From Myxococcota bacterium (GTDB lineage Bacteria; Myxococcota_A; UBA9160; UBA4427), in the NCBI GenBank assembly GCA_965250285.1, contig OZ252299.1, positions 192,001-256,000 on the forward strand: a stretch of 64,000 nucleotides of DNA, read 5' to 3'. The notes beneath the pieces are model-generated. The model had not been told where the DNA came from. It was given only the letters and a program-made list of their open reading frames with translations, and made no database searches. The translations under genes were made by a program, and so were the position numbers. Within the stretch, counting starts at the first letter, position 1. Every line of letters begins with the position of its first letter. Below, piece by piece: positions 21,256 to 30,739 of the stretch.

Positions 21256-22026
21256 ATGCAGGATCTCTTCGACGTCTCGAGCAAGACCGTGCTCGTCACC
21301 GGCGGCACGAGCGGCATCGGTGAGATGATCGCGCGGGGCTTCGTCGAGAACGGCGCGAGAACGTACGTCGCCTCGCGCAAGGCCGATCAGTGCGCCGAGA
21401 CCGAGAAGGTGCTCGGTGAGTTGGGAACCTGCATCGGGATCCCCGCCGATCTCTCGACCGAAGCCGGCTGTAATGCGCTGGCCGATGAGATCGTGTCGCG
21501 CGAGGGCAAGCTCGACGTGCTCGTGAACAACGCCGGCGCGAACTGGGGCGAGCCGCTCGACAGCTTCCCGGATGCGGCCTGGGACAAGGTGCTCGCGCTC
21601 AACGTCAAGGCGGTCTTCCACCTCACGCGACGTCTCGTACCGGCGCTCGAGAAGGCGGCCAGCGATGACGATCCCGCCCGCGTGATCAACATCGGGTCGA
21701 TCGACGGTCTCAAGCCGCCCCTGCTCGACACGTTCTCGTACTCGGCGAGCAAGGCGGCCGTGCATCACATGAGCCGTGTGCTCGCCAAGAAGCTGGCCCC
21801 GCAACGCATCACGGTGAACGCCGTGGCGCCGGGTCCGTTCCAGAGCAAGATGATGAAGGCGACGCTCGAACGGTTCGGCGATTCGATCCGCGATACCAAC
21901 CCGCTCGGCCGAATCGGTCAGGACGAGGACATGGCGGGGATCGCGATCTTCCTCGCCTCGCGTGCCGGCGCCTACATCACGGGCGCCGTGATCCCCGTCG
22001 ATGGCGGCATCTCGACGACCAGCTGA
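21256..22026 (+). CDS. SDR family oxidoreductase
   Basis: TGGTSGIG, LVNNAG, YSASK, NAVAPG, IPVDGG. Confidence 0.95.
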   Translation: MQDLFDVSSKTVLVTGGTSGIGEMIARGFVENGARTYVASRKADQCAETEKVLGELGTCIGIPADLSTEAGCNALADEIVSREGKLDVLVNNAGANWGEPLDSFPDAAWDKVLALNVKAVFHLTRRLVPALEKAASDDDPARVINIGSIDGLKPPLLDTFSYSASKAAVHHMSRVLAKKLAPQRITVNAVAPGPFQSKMMKATLERFGDSIRDTNPLGRIGQDEDMAGIAIFLASRAGAYITGAVIPVDGGISTTS

Positions 22027-22175
22027 GCGGCCCCCGGGATCCCCCGGGTGCACTATGCTCCGGGCGCGTCGCGGTCTCGCGACGCCGTGTGCGCGCGGTC
22101 CTGCGCGCGACTGGGGCCCTTGACGCGAGCCGAATCGCGCCGCATCCGCTCGAGGATGCGCTGCCCGGAGAATCC

Positions 22176-23093
22176 ATGTCCGAAGAACCCCTGATCGCCG
22201 TCTTCGTCGACTTCGAGAACCTCGCGCTCGGCGTGCGGGACATGAAGTGGGGACAGTTCCGCGTCGATCTCGTGCTCAAGCGTCTGCTCGAGAAGGGGCG
22301 CATCGTCTACAAGCGCGCGTATTGCGACTGGAGTCAGTATCGCGACGACGTCCGTGAGTTCCACGCGCGCGGCATCGAGCTGATCGATATTCCGCGCAGT
22401 CGCGTTTCGGGAAAGAACAGCGCCGACATCCACATGGTCGTGGACGCGCTCGATCTCTGTTACGGCAAGTCGCATATCGACTCGTTCGCGCTGCTCACGG
22501 GCGATAGCGACTTCTCGCCGCTCGTGTCGAAGCTGAAGGAGAACGACAAGCGCGTGATCGGCTGCGGCGTGAAGCGCTCGACGTCGAATCTGCTCATCGC
22601 GAACTGCGACGAGTTCATCTACTACGATGATCTCGTGCGTGCGGCCGAGAAGAGCGGCCCGCAGCGGAGCCGCAAGCGAGGTGCGTCGGCCGACGAGCAG
22701 GGCGGCAAAGCCGACAAGGCGGAGAAGGCTGCGCGCGGTCGCAACGGCAAGTCGGACAAGACCGAGAAGACCGAGAAGACCGAGAAGGCGGAGAAGGTCG
22801 AGAAGGCCGAGCGCTCCGACAAGGCCGATGGCGGCGGCAAGGCCGGCGACCGCAACCCCGAAGCGCTCGATCAGCTCCTCGAGATCATCGAGTCGCTGTC
22901 GCTCGACTACGACGCGATCTGGGGCTCGATGATCAAGCAAACGATGCGGCGCGTGTATCCCGGCTTCAACGAGGCCTACATGGGCTACCGCAACTTCGCC
23001 GACCTGCTGCAGCAGGCCGAGAGCGACGGCTACATCGAGCTCGAGTTCGACCGCGATCGCGGCAACTACAAGGTGCGGCTCCTCGACGACTGA
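22176..23093 (+). CDS. NYN (LabA/PIN-like) domain protein with C-terminal OST-HTH/LOTUS domain
   Basis: AVFVDFEN, GKNSADIHMVVDA, TGDSDFSPL, CDEFIYYD; C-terminal IKQTMRRVYPGFNEAYMGYRNFADLL. Confidence 0.92.
   Translation: MSEEPLIAVFVDFENLALGVRDMKWGQFRVDLVLKRLLEKGRIVYKRAYCDWSQYRDDVREFHARGIELIDIPRSRVSGKNSADIHMVVDALDLCYGKSHIDSFALLTGDSDFSPLVSKLKENDKRVIGCGVKRSTSNLLIANCDEFIYYDDLVRAAEKSGPQRSRKRGASADEQGGKADKAEKAARGRNGKSDKTEKTEKTEKAEKVEKAERSDKADGGGKAGDRNPEALDQLLEIIESLSLDYDAIWGSMIKQTMRRVYPGFNEAYMGYRNFADLLQQAESDGYIELEFDRDRGNYKVRLLDD
22761..22805 (+). repeat. In-frame 9-bp tandem repeat (ACCGAGAAG x3 plus 2 degenerate copies)
   Basis: Encodes TEK-TEK-TEK-AEK-VEK in the NYN protein linker. Confidence 0.85.
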
Positions 23094-23114
23094 TTCGCGC
23101 GCTGGCGACGGCGA

Positions 23115-24509
23115 TCAGCGCCCGCTCTGCAGCGCGCGGCGGTGGCCGACCCAGCCCACGATCGCCACGAGCGCGCTCGTACCGAGGCCCATCGAGACGG
23201 GAACGGGCGGCGGCCCCTCGCTCGGCGCGCGCGGGTCTGCACCGCATCCGGGATCCTGGGCGTGGTCGATGAGGCCATCGCCCTCGTTGTCGACGCCGTC
23301 ATCGCAGATCAAGTTCTCGGCCTGCTCCGAGTCGTCGATCGAATCGGTACAGCCGGGATCGGCAGGCCAGTCGACGAGTCCGTCGCCGTCCTGGTCGACG
23401 CCATCGTCGCAAACGAGCTTCGGGTCGCGTTCATCGGAGTCGCTGACCGAATCACAGCCCGGGTCGGCCGGGTAGTCGACGAGTCCGTCGCCGTCTTCAT
23501 CGAGACCGTCGTTGCAGGTCGGCTGGCTGATGATCGAGAGGATCTCGGAGCGATACACCGAGAGATCGGCCGCTAGCGTCAGGTTGCCGAAGAGCACGAA
23601 ATTGTCGGGCTGCTCGACGGCATTCTTGCCCACCGCGAACATGATCCCGGTCAGCTCCCAGCTGCCCGCGCGCTCGTAGAACACGGCGCCGCCCGAATCG
23701 CCGATGATGGCCTGGGCCTCGTCGGCGCCGACCCCCGGGCCGCTCTCGTCGAACGCCGTGAAGAACATCCGGGTGTCGACGGCCGTCTGGTCGACGGCGG
23801 CGACGCGGTTCGTGCCCCAGCGCAGCGTATGGCCGGTGCCCCACTGCCAGCCGTCTTCCCCGCCCGGGTCGGGCCACGTGACGGCATCACCGCGATTGCG
23901 CCCGTGCCCGAACAGCACGACCGAGGCGTTCACGCCGACCGGGAGCGTGGCGATGTCGATCGCCGGCAAGCCCGGGTCGCCGTCGATCTTGAAGAGTGCG
24001 AGGTCGGCGGGGCCGACACCGGGCGTCGTGAGCCGCGTTCTCGACCCCGGCACGTCCGGGTAGGTCTGTCCGCCGAGCACGAAGGGACCGATCTCGATGT
24101 GGTTCGCGGTGATCACCCAGCCGTTGCCGAGATAGACGCCGGTCTGAAAGAGGACCGAACCGACGTGATCCATCCCGGTGACGTCGGCACGTGGGTTCGT
24201 GTTGCCGGTCCCGTCACCGAGCTTGATCAGCACCGCATGCGCGGTGGGCGCGACGACGATGCCCGCTGCGACCGAGACGGCGAGGGCGTGCGCGAGGGCG
24301 CGCGCGAGGGCGCGCGCGAAGGCGCGCGTGCCGGAGGGGGCGAACGGGGTGCCCGACGGGCGGCTGGTTTCGATCGGGGTGCGCGCGGACCGACGCGTGC
24401 GGCACCCCGAACGCCCCTTGGCGTTCGCGGCACCGTCGTGACCCATCATCTGGAGCTGCCTCCCCCACGCGGCGATGCTGCTGGTGATCCCATCGACGCC
24501 CGTCGGCAC
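23115..24509 (-). CDS. Secreted trypsin-like serine protease with Asp/Cys-rich Ca-binding-type repeats and a C-terminal membrane sorting tail
   Basis: Triad motifs VITANH, ADLALF, GDSGG; three CxDGxDxxGDGLxD....DPGC repeats; VPVSMGLG-hydrophobic-HRR tail. True start probably later than 24509. Confidence 0.8.
   Translation of the reverse strand: MPTGVDGITSSIAAWGRQLQMMGHDGAANAKGRSGCRTRRSARTPIETSRPSGTPFAPSGTRAFARALARALAHALAVSVAAGIVVAPTAHAVLIKLGDGTGNTNPRADVTGMDHVGSVLFQTGVYLGNGWVITANHIEIGPFVLGGQTYPDVPGSRTRLTTPGVGPADLALFKIDGDPGLPAIDIATLPVGVNASVVLFGHGRNRGDAVTWPDPGGEDGWQWGTGHTLRWGTNRVAAVDQTAVDTRMFFTAFDESGPGVGADEAQAIIGDSGGAVFYERAGSWELTGIMFAVGKNAVEQPDNFVLFGNLTLAADLSVYRSEILSIISQPTCNDGLDEDGDGLVDYPADPGCDSVSDSDERDPKLVCDDGVDQDGDGLVDWPADPGCTDSIDDSEQAENLICDDGVDNEGDGLIDHAQDPGCGADPRAPSEGPPPVPVSMGLGTSALVAIVGWVGHRRALQSGR
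24280..24327 (-). repeat. Four imperfect 12-bp tandem repeats in the protease N-terminal region
   Basis: GCGAGGGCGCGC-type units encoding ARAL/AHAL-like repeats. Confidence 0.7.
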
Positions 24510-24569
24510 CGGAGCCTTCCCATCATACTGGAACCGAGCGGATCCCTATCCCCGATTCTCCGCGGAGCC

Positions 24570-24836
24570 TCAGCAGCCGAGGACGATGCGCGAGATCGCG
24601 AGGAGCCCTTGAGCGGCGTCTTGCAGCCGAGGGTGCTCGCTCCAGGCGTCTTCGTCCGCGAGGGGACTGTCGAGAACGGCACGGGCGCGCACCTCGAGGC
24701 TCAGCTTCGTGTTCGTCGCGCGCGCCCGCAGCGCGCTCGCCCATTCGGGCTCGCCCGGCGACTCGAGCTCGCGCAGCGCCGTGAGCGTTTCGTCCAGATA
24801 TCGCTCGAATTCTCCATGCACCGACACGTTTCGCAC
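24570..24836 (-). CDS. Small hypothetical protein
   Basis: 88-aa helical-looking ORF filling the intergenic space; start uncertain. Confidence 0.5.
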   Translation of the reverse strand: MRNVSVHGEFERYLDETLTALRELESPGEPEWASALRARATNTKLSLEVRARAVLDSPLADEDAWSEHPRLQDAAQGLLAISRIVLGC

Positions 24837-24901
24837 ACTCCCCTGTCACGACCGATCCATCGATTCTTGTTGATTCTGGCGTGGTGACGTGTACCGTCGA
24901 A

Positions 24902-25545
24902 ATGATGCAAGAGGTGATCGGAACACGCGAAGCGACCAAACGCGAGACGCGTCGCGCACTCATCGAAGCGGCGCTCGCCGAGTTCGGTGAGCGGGGTTTT
25001 GATGCGCCGAGTCTCGACGCGATCTGTGCGCGTGCGGGCTTCACGCGCGGTGCCTTCTACGTCCACTTCTCGAATCGGGACGAGCTGGTGTCTGCCGCCA
25101 TGGAGCACGCCATCAACGAGTTCGTCGCACAGATCATTTCATTCCAGAAGGCGAGTCGGCGGACGACGTCGAGACGACGATCGCCGTGTTCGCCAACGAC
25201 ATCGTGCCCCAGCTGCTCGGCGCGCACCGACGCGAGCCCAGTCTGAAGGGCGACGGGCCGGTGTTCGAAGGCACGCCGTACCACAAGTTTCTCGAAGCCT
25301 GTGCGCGCAGCGAGGTCGTGCGCGACGGCATGCAGCAGGCGCTCGCGCGCGTGATCGACCGACTTCAGAAGGCGGGCGAAGCCGGTCAGGGCCAGGGGCT
25401 CGTTCGCAACGACATCGGTGCGCACGAGCTCGCGGGGCTGCTCCTACTGATGGCGCTCGGCGTCTTCTCCGCCGGCGACATCGGTCTGCAGCTCGACGTC
25501 GCCGCCCTGCGCGACACTGCCCTCAAGCTCATTCGCGGCAGCTGA
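24902..25545 (+). pseudogene. TetR family regulator split by a 5-bp tandem duplication frameshift
   Basis: HTH (LIEAALAEFGERGF...AGFTRGAFYVHF) in one frame and ligand-binding half in another; TCATT-TCATT at 25134-25143; removing one copy gives QIIPEGESADDVETTIAVF, continuous to TGA 25545. Confidence 0.85.
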
Positions 25546-26004
25546 CGGAGCCGGAGCCGGCGTCGGCGCCGCCACCGGGGCGGGTGCAGCCGCCTGGGCG
25601 GCGGCATCGGCCGCGTCGAACTTCCGCTTCCAATGCGTGCGCGCGCGCTCGAGCTCCTTCGCGCGCTTCTCGCTGCGGGCGAGGCGCCGCTCGAGCTCCT
25701 TGATGGTCTTGTCGGTGGTGGCCAGCTCTTCCTGCATCAGCTTGAAGGCCTCGGCTTCGGGGCGCAGCGACACATCGGCTTCGAGGGCGCCGACCTTGGT
25801 CTCGAGCTGCACCAGCTGCTCGTCCTTGGCCTGGAGGCGCTCTTCGAGGTAGCCGATCTCCCAGTTCTTGGCGTTGTGCAGGGGCACGTAGGAGTAGACG
25901 AACGACAGGCTCGCGCCCGCGACGAAGAGCCCCACCGCGAGGCCGAAGCGCTTCGCGAGCTTGACCCAGATGCTGTCTTCGTGATGCGCCGACTGATCGT
26001 GCAT
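25444..26004 (-). CDS. Membrane-anchored coiled-coil protein
   Basis: One TM helix (FGLAVGLFVAGASLSFVYSY), long heptad region, Ala/Pro tail; GGGGGA RBS before ATG 26004. Confidence 0.7.
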   Translation of the reverse strand: MHDQSAHHEDSIWVKLAKRFGLAVGLFVAGASLSFVYSYVPLHNAKNWEIGYLEERLQAKDEQLVQLETKVGALEADVSLRPEAEAFKLMQEELATTDKTIKELERRLARSEKRAKELERARTHWKRKFDAADAAAQAAAPAPVAAPTPAPAPSAAANELEGSVAQGGDVELQTDVAGGEDAERHQ

Positions 26005-26059
26005 GTGTCCCCCCGAGAGCTCGAGCCTGGTCGAGCCGGCGTGCGCCGGCTCCACAGAC

Positions 26060-26085
26060 ATCGGCAACGGGGGGCGGGTTCTTTA
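26060..26085 (-). promoter_or_regulatory. Putative sigma28 promoter
   Basis: Minus strand TAAAG-N15-GCCGAT upstream of the coiled-coil gene. Confidence 0.55.
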
Positions 26086-29000
26086 GGCGGCGCGGGCGGC
26101 TGCGGGGACGACTGCGTGCTCCAGATCACGCTTCGAAGCCGTGTCGCGCGCGAGGGCCCGGCGTCGGGCCCTGAGGCGCAGCCAGACGAAGCACGTCGGC
26201 ACGAGGTAGAGCGAGAGCAGGGCGGCGCCGCCGACGCCCCCGGCGATGGCCGTGGCCATCGGGGGCCAGAAGCGGCCGCCCCAGATGATCAGCGGGAGGA
26301 AGCCACCGATCGTCGTCAGCGTCGTGCTCACGATGTGGCGCGTCGCGCCGACCACGACCTCGATACTCGGTTCGAGCTCGCCGGCCATCGCCGCCTCGTC
26401 GTCTCGGAGCGCCGAGAGCACGATGATGCCGCCGTTGATCGCGAGGCCGACCAGCCCCATCGTGCCGACGACGGCGAGGAAGCCCATCGGATACCCGAAG
26501 GCCCACACGCCGACGAAGGCGAGGCCGCAGCTGGCGATGGCCACGATGCCGATGATGCCGGCGAAGCGGAACGAGTTGAACGACAGGATGATCGTCCCCG
26601 CCATCATGAGCAGCAGCGGCACGGCGAAGAGCATGAGGTTGCCGACCGCCTCGCCGCGTTGCTCCGATTCACCGCCGAGCTCGAGCTCGTAGCCCGGCGG
26701 CAGCTCGAAGCCCGAGTCGGCGAGGCGGCGCTCGAAGTCGGCCAGCGCGACCGCAATCAGCGTATAGGGCTCGAGGTAGGCCCGGGCCGTGTTGACCCGG
26801 CGCCCGTCGCGGCGCGGGATCGACGAGACCTCGGGCGTGAGGTCGAGTGCACCGATGGCCGAGAGCGGGACACCGGCGACGTCATCGGGGCTCGTCGGGC
26901 GCGCCGCGCCGACGATGCGCTGGTCGGCGATGCGGCCGAGGTCGCTTCGGACGTCGTCGGGCGCGCGCACCCGAACGGGGATCTCCTCGGTGGCCTCGGT
27001 GATCGTCGCGAGCGCGGCGCCATCGAGCTGCGCGCCGATCTCGCGCGCGACGGCGCCCAGGCTCAGGCCGGCCATCCGCGCTTCGTCCTCGTCTGCGCGC
27101 AGCAGGAGCTTCGGCTGCGCCGCACCGAGCTCGGCTTCGCTGTAGGTCACGCCGCTGGTCGCGGCCATCAGTCGCCGCAGCTCTTCGCCGAGCTCGTCGA
27201 GCACCTCGAGTTCGGGGCCCGACACGCGCACTTCGATGGGCGCGGTGAACGGCGGGCCCTGCTCGAAGGGCAGAGCGAGCACGGTGGCCTCGGGCAGGGC
27301 CGCCATCAGCTCGCGCTGCAGGCCGGGGAGGAGGGCTTCGGTCTTGGCGGCCGATTGCGTGGTCACGACGCCCCCTGCGTAGCCCGCCACGCCCTCGCGG
27401 ATCGCAATCATGTTGTAGTAGACGCGCGGCGCGCTCTCACCGATGAACCAGTGGCTGTCGACGACCTCGTCGTGCGCGTTCACGAGGGCCCGCGCCCGGT
27501 CGACCAGCGCGCGGGTCTGCGTGACCGAGGCCTGGGCCGGCAACGAGATCTGGATCTGAAACTGGTTGCGGTCGTTCGGCGGAAAGAACTGCTCGGGCAG
27601 CGTGGTGACCACGTAGAAGCCGATCGCCGGGAGCACCAGCGCCAGGCCGATGCCCGCCCAGGGGCGCGCGAGCGCAAAGCGCAGGCTGCGGCGGTACGCC
27701 TCGGTGAGTCGCTCGTTCGAGAAGCCCGACCGCCACCAGCGCGGGTCTGCGTCGGCTCGGTCTTCGCGGATCACCCATGACGTCACGGCGGGGATCAGCG
27801 TCATGGCGACCACGAACGAGCTCGACACCGCGAGCGCGACGCTGATCGCGATCGGACCGACGAACTCGCCTCCACCGCCCGGCATGAGCGCGATCGGCAG
27901 GAAGGAGAGCACGGTGGTCGTCGTCGACGCGAGCAGCGGAACGAAGAGGCGACGGATCGCATGAGACACCGCCTCGCGCGGCGCGCGCCCCGCGCGCAGC
28001 TCCGCGCGGTAGTCGTCCACGACGACGATCGCGTTGTCGATCAGCAGGCCGAGGGCGATGATCAGGCCGATGATCGACATCTGGTGCAGCGGTACGCCCA
28101 TCACCATCAGCTCGGTGAGGACGAGGGCCACGGTGATCGGGAGTGTGAGGCCGACGCAGAACGCCGAGCGCGCGCCCATCGTCACGAACAGGATCAGGAT
28201 CACGAGGGCTCCGCCGAGGAGCAGATTGAGCGCGAACGTCGACAGCCTCGCTTCGGTGTAGGTGCTCTGATCGAAGATGAGTTCGAGGTCGATCCGAGCC
28301 GGCAGCCCGCCCTCGAAATCGTCGATCTCGGCGCGTGCCATCCGGGCCCAGCGATCGACGCGGTCCCCGTCCTCCATCGTCGCGGCGACGACGACGCCCC
28401 GTTCGCCCGAGATGAGCGCGAGGGTCGCCGGCGGATCGGCGACGGTCTTGGCGATGCGCGCGACATCGGCGACGCGCACGATGCGACCGTCGGCGCCCTG
28501 CACGATCGGGATCGCTCCGACCCGCTCGACCGAGTCGAGGGTGCCGGCGACCTCGAGGAGCAGGTCGTTGCGCTCATGGCGCAGTCGGCCCGACGGCAGC
28601 CGCGTGTCGGCGTCGCGGATCGCGGTCGCGACGGCGCCCGGGCTGAGTCCGAGGGCCGCGATGCGGTCGGCGTCGAGCGTCACGCGGATCTCCGGATCGG
28701 CCTCGCCGAAGATCTCGGTCTCTTTGGTGCCCGGGAGGTTCGCGAGCCGCTGCTCGAGGTCGTCCGCGAGTCGGCTCAGCAGGTCGAGCTGCGGCTCGCC
28801 CTGACCGCGCCAGCGCAGCGACGCCATGACGGTCACGGCCTTGCTCGTCTGGTCTTCGACGGTGGGGAGCGGGACCTCGGCGGGCATCCGGGCGTGGGCG
28901 TCGCCGACGCGGTCACGCACCTTCGACCAGATCTCGTCCACGTCGGCGTCGGTGTACCGATCCTTCAGATCGACGCGGACGACCGAGATGCCGGCGCGCG

Positions 29001-29262
29001 ACGTCGACTCGAGGTGATCGATCTCATGCAGATCCTGAAGCTCGTCTTCGAGCTTCTCGGTGACCTGACTCTCGACGCGCAGCGCGCTGGCGCCGGGGTA
29101 GTACGCCGTGATCGTCCCCATGCGCCGACTGAGCGAAGGGTCTTCTTGCCGCGGCAGGCCGGTCAGCGCGGCGAGGCCGGCGACTGCGACGAGGCCGATC
29201 GTCAGCGCCGTGAGGCGGGGGTTTCGCTGGAAGAGGCTCGCGAGATCGAAGTCGTTCTTCAT
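26083..29262 (-). CDS. RND efflux permease (AcrB/AcrD/AcrF family)
   Basis: 1059 aa; LPRQEDP, GLLIDNAIVVVD, PLLASTTTTVLSFLP, GLAINGGI, TRHIVSTTLTTIGGFLP. Confidence 0.95.
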   Translation of the reverse strand: MKNDFDLASLFQRNPRLTALTIGLVAVAGLAALTGLPRQEDPSLSRRMGTITAYYPGASALRVESQVTEKLEDELQDLHEIDHLESTSRAGISVVRVDLKDRYTDADVDEIWSKVRDRVGDAHARMPAEVPLPTVEDQTSKAVTVMASLRWRGQGEPQLDLLSRLADDLEQRLANLPGTKETEIFGEADPEIRVTLDADRIAALGLSPGAVATAIRDADTRLPSGRLRHERNDLLLEVAGTLDSVERVGAIPIVQGADGRIVRVADVARIAKTVADPPATLALISGERGVVVAATMEDGDRVDRWARMARAEIDDFEGGLPARIDLELIFDQSTYTEARLSTFALNLLLGGALVILILFVTMGARSAFCVGLTLPITVALVLTELMVMGVPLHQMSIIGLIIALGLLIDNAIVVVDDYRAELRAGRAPREAVSHAIRRLFVPLLASTTTTVLSFLPIALMPGGGGEFVGPIAISVALAVSSSFVVAMTLIPAVTSWVIREDRADADPRWWRSGFSNERLTEAYRRSLRFALARPWAGIGLALVLPAIGFYVVTTLPEQFFPPNDRNQFQIQISLPAQASVTQTRALVDRARALVNAHDEVVDSHWFIGESAPRVYYNMIAIREGVAGYAGGVVTTQSAAKTEALLPGLQRELMAALPEATVLALPFEQGPPFTAPIEVRVSGPELEVLDELGEELRRLMAATSGVTYSEAELGAAQPKLLLRADEDEARMAGLSLGAVAREIGAQLDGAALATITEATEEIPVRVRAPDDVRSDLGRIADQRIVGAARPTSPDDVAGVPLSAIGALDLTPEVSSIPRRDGRRVNTARAYLEPYTLIAVALADFERRLADSGFELPPGYELELGGESEQRGEAVGNLMLFAVPLLLMMAGTIILSFNSFRFAGIIGIVAIASCGLAFVGVWAFGYPMGFLAVVGTMGLVGLAINGGIIVLSALRDDEAAMAGELEPSIEVVVGATRHIVSTTLTTIGGFLPLIIWGGRFWPPMATAIAGGVGGAALLSLYLVPTCFVWLRLRARRRALARDTASKRDLEHAVVPAAARAA

Positions 29263-30416
29263 CGCTGGGCGCTCCTCGTGCTCGTGCGCCGCACGCGCTG
29301 GCCCGGCGTGACGCGTTGCAGCCCGCTGACCACGACCTCGTCCCCGTCGACCAGGGTGCCGCGCACGAAGGCGCGGTCGCTCTCGACGTGCACCATCATG
29401 AGCTCCTGTCGAGCGAGGACGAACTCGTCGGGGACGTCTGCGGGAGCCAGGACGAAGGCGCCCCAGAGACCGCGTCGACTCTCGGTGAGGGCTTCGATGG
29501 GGAGCCAGAAGCCCGGCTCCTCACGCCGTTCGATGATCTGAAGCCGGGCCAGCGCGCCGTGGCGCGCGCCCCGCGCGTCGGCCTCGAGCGGAAGCACGAC
29601 GGTGACGGTGCGCGTGTCGGCACTCACGTCTTCGCGAATCGCACCGATCGCGGCTTCGACCTCGACGCCCCCGATCTCGACGCGTTGGCGATCGCCGACG
29701 GCGAGACGCGCTGCAACGGTCGGCGGCACACCGACACGCACCTCCATGGCATCACTCTCGATGAGCGACACGACGGGCGCACCGGCGGCGAGGATCGCGC
29801 CTTCGTCGGCGAGGCGTTGCGTGATGGCACCTTCGAAGGGCGCGGTGAGGGCAGACTGATCGATGTCGATCTCGACGCGCTCGAGACCGGCCTGGATGCT
29901 GGCGAGACGCGCTTCGAGGGCCAGCGCTTCGAATCGCGCTTCGTCGTAGCGCTGGGCCGAGATGCTGTCTTTACCGGCGAGCTCCTTGCGTCGGTCGAGG
30001 GTCAGGCGCGCGAGCGCGAGCCTCGCATCGACCTCGCGGGCTTGGGCGCGCCACTCGTTGCGTTGGGCCTCGAGGCGGCTCGTGTCGAGGCGCGCGAGCA
30101 CGTCGCCTTCGGCGACCTGGGCGCCTTCGTCGACGAGCACTTCGACGAGGCGGTCTGAGCGGGTGAAACCGAGGTCGGCCTGACGTCGCGCGACGACGCG
30201 GCCGACGTGACGGCTGCCGACCGTGTAGTGATCGGTCGACTGAACGCGGAGGGTCTCGACGGGGAGCACGGTGGCCGGTGAGGCCTCAGTGTCCGATTTG
30301 GCGCCGCCGCAGCCGAGCCAGAGTGCGGCCGAGGTCGCGGCGACCAGGAGGGCGGAGCGACGGCGAAGACGCGCGACCGTGTGATTCGGCGGGGTGATCC
30401 CGGGGGGATTCGGCAT
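29259..30416 (-). CDS. RND efflux periplasmic adaptor (membrane fusion protein), probable lipoprotein
   Basis: WLGC lipobox-like motif, VDEGAQVAEGDVLARLD, LTAPFEGAI, GLQRVTPGQRV; overlaps the permease start. Confidence 0.93.
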   Translation of the reverse strand: MPNPPGITPPNHTVARLRRRSALLVAATSAALWLGCGGAKSDTEASPATVLPVETLRVQSTDHYTVGSRHVGRVVARRQADLGFTRSDRLVEVLVDEGAQVAEGDVLARLDTSRLEAQRNEWRAQAREVDARLALARLTLDRRKELAGKDSISAQRYDEARFEALALEARLASIQAGLERVEIDIDQSALTAPFEGAITQRLADEGAILAAGAPVVSLIESDAMEVRVGVPPTVAARLAVGDRQRVEIGGVEVEAAIGAIREDVSADTRTVTVVLPLEADARGARHGALARLQIIERREEPGFWLPIEALTESRRGLWGAFVLAPADVPDEFVLARQELMMVHVESDRAFVRGTLVDGDEVVVSGLQRVTPGQRVRRTSTRSAQR

Positions 30417-30463
30417 GGTTGGACCTCGAAATCGGCGGGCGCGTCGGCGAAACGAGAGCTGAT

Positions 30464-30496
30464 ATGTTAACAGTGTCAAGATGACGGTGTCAAGAT
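30464..30496 (-). promoter_or_regulatory. Sigma70 promoter of the efflux operon overlapped by tandem TetR-type operator half-sites
   Basis: Minus strand TTGACA-N18-TAACAT with an extended TG; imperfect palindrome ATGTTAACAGTGTCAAGAT and a second GTGTCAAGAT copy. Confidence 0.7.
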
Positions 30497-30739
30497 GGGA
30501 CTCTCGTGGGATTCCGGGGCTCTCGTCGGGTTTCAGCGCGGGCCTCGGGCCCCGCCGGGAGCGACGCTGTGCGACGCTTGGGCGAGGCTCGAAATCGGCC
30601 CGATTGGGCCGACGATCGAGAGCGTGTGGCCGTCGTGGGCCGGGCCTCGAGCACTCCGGCAGTCGGCCCAGCGCGGGCAGGCTCGAGGCGCGCCCTGCGC
30701 GACCGCGCGGCGACGCGATGAGAAGAGAGGCGAGGCCAG

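Noticed and set aside
22176..23093. NYN nuclease as a defence or toxin system
   Set aside because: NYN-LOTUS proteins are widespread, and there is no antitoxin or defence-island context here.
23245..23520. Spaced repeats that might be a CRISPR-like array
   Set aside because: They are degenerate in-frame protein repeats of the protease; no identical direct repeats and no cas genes.
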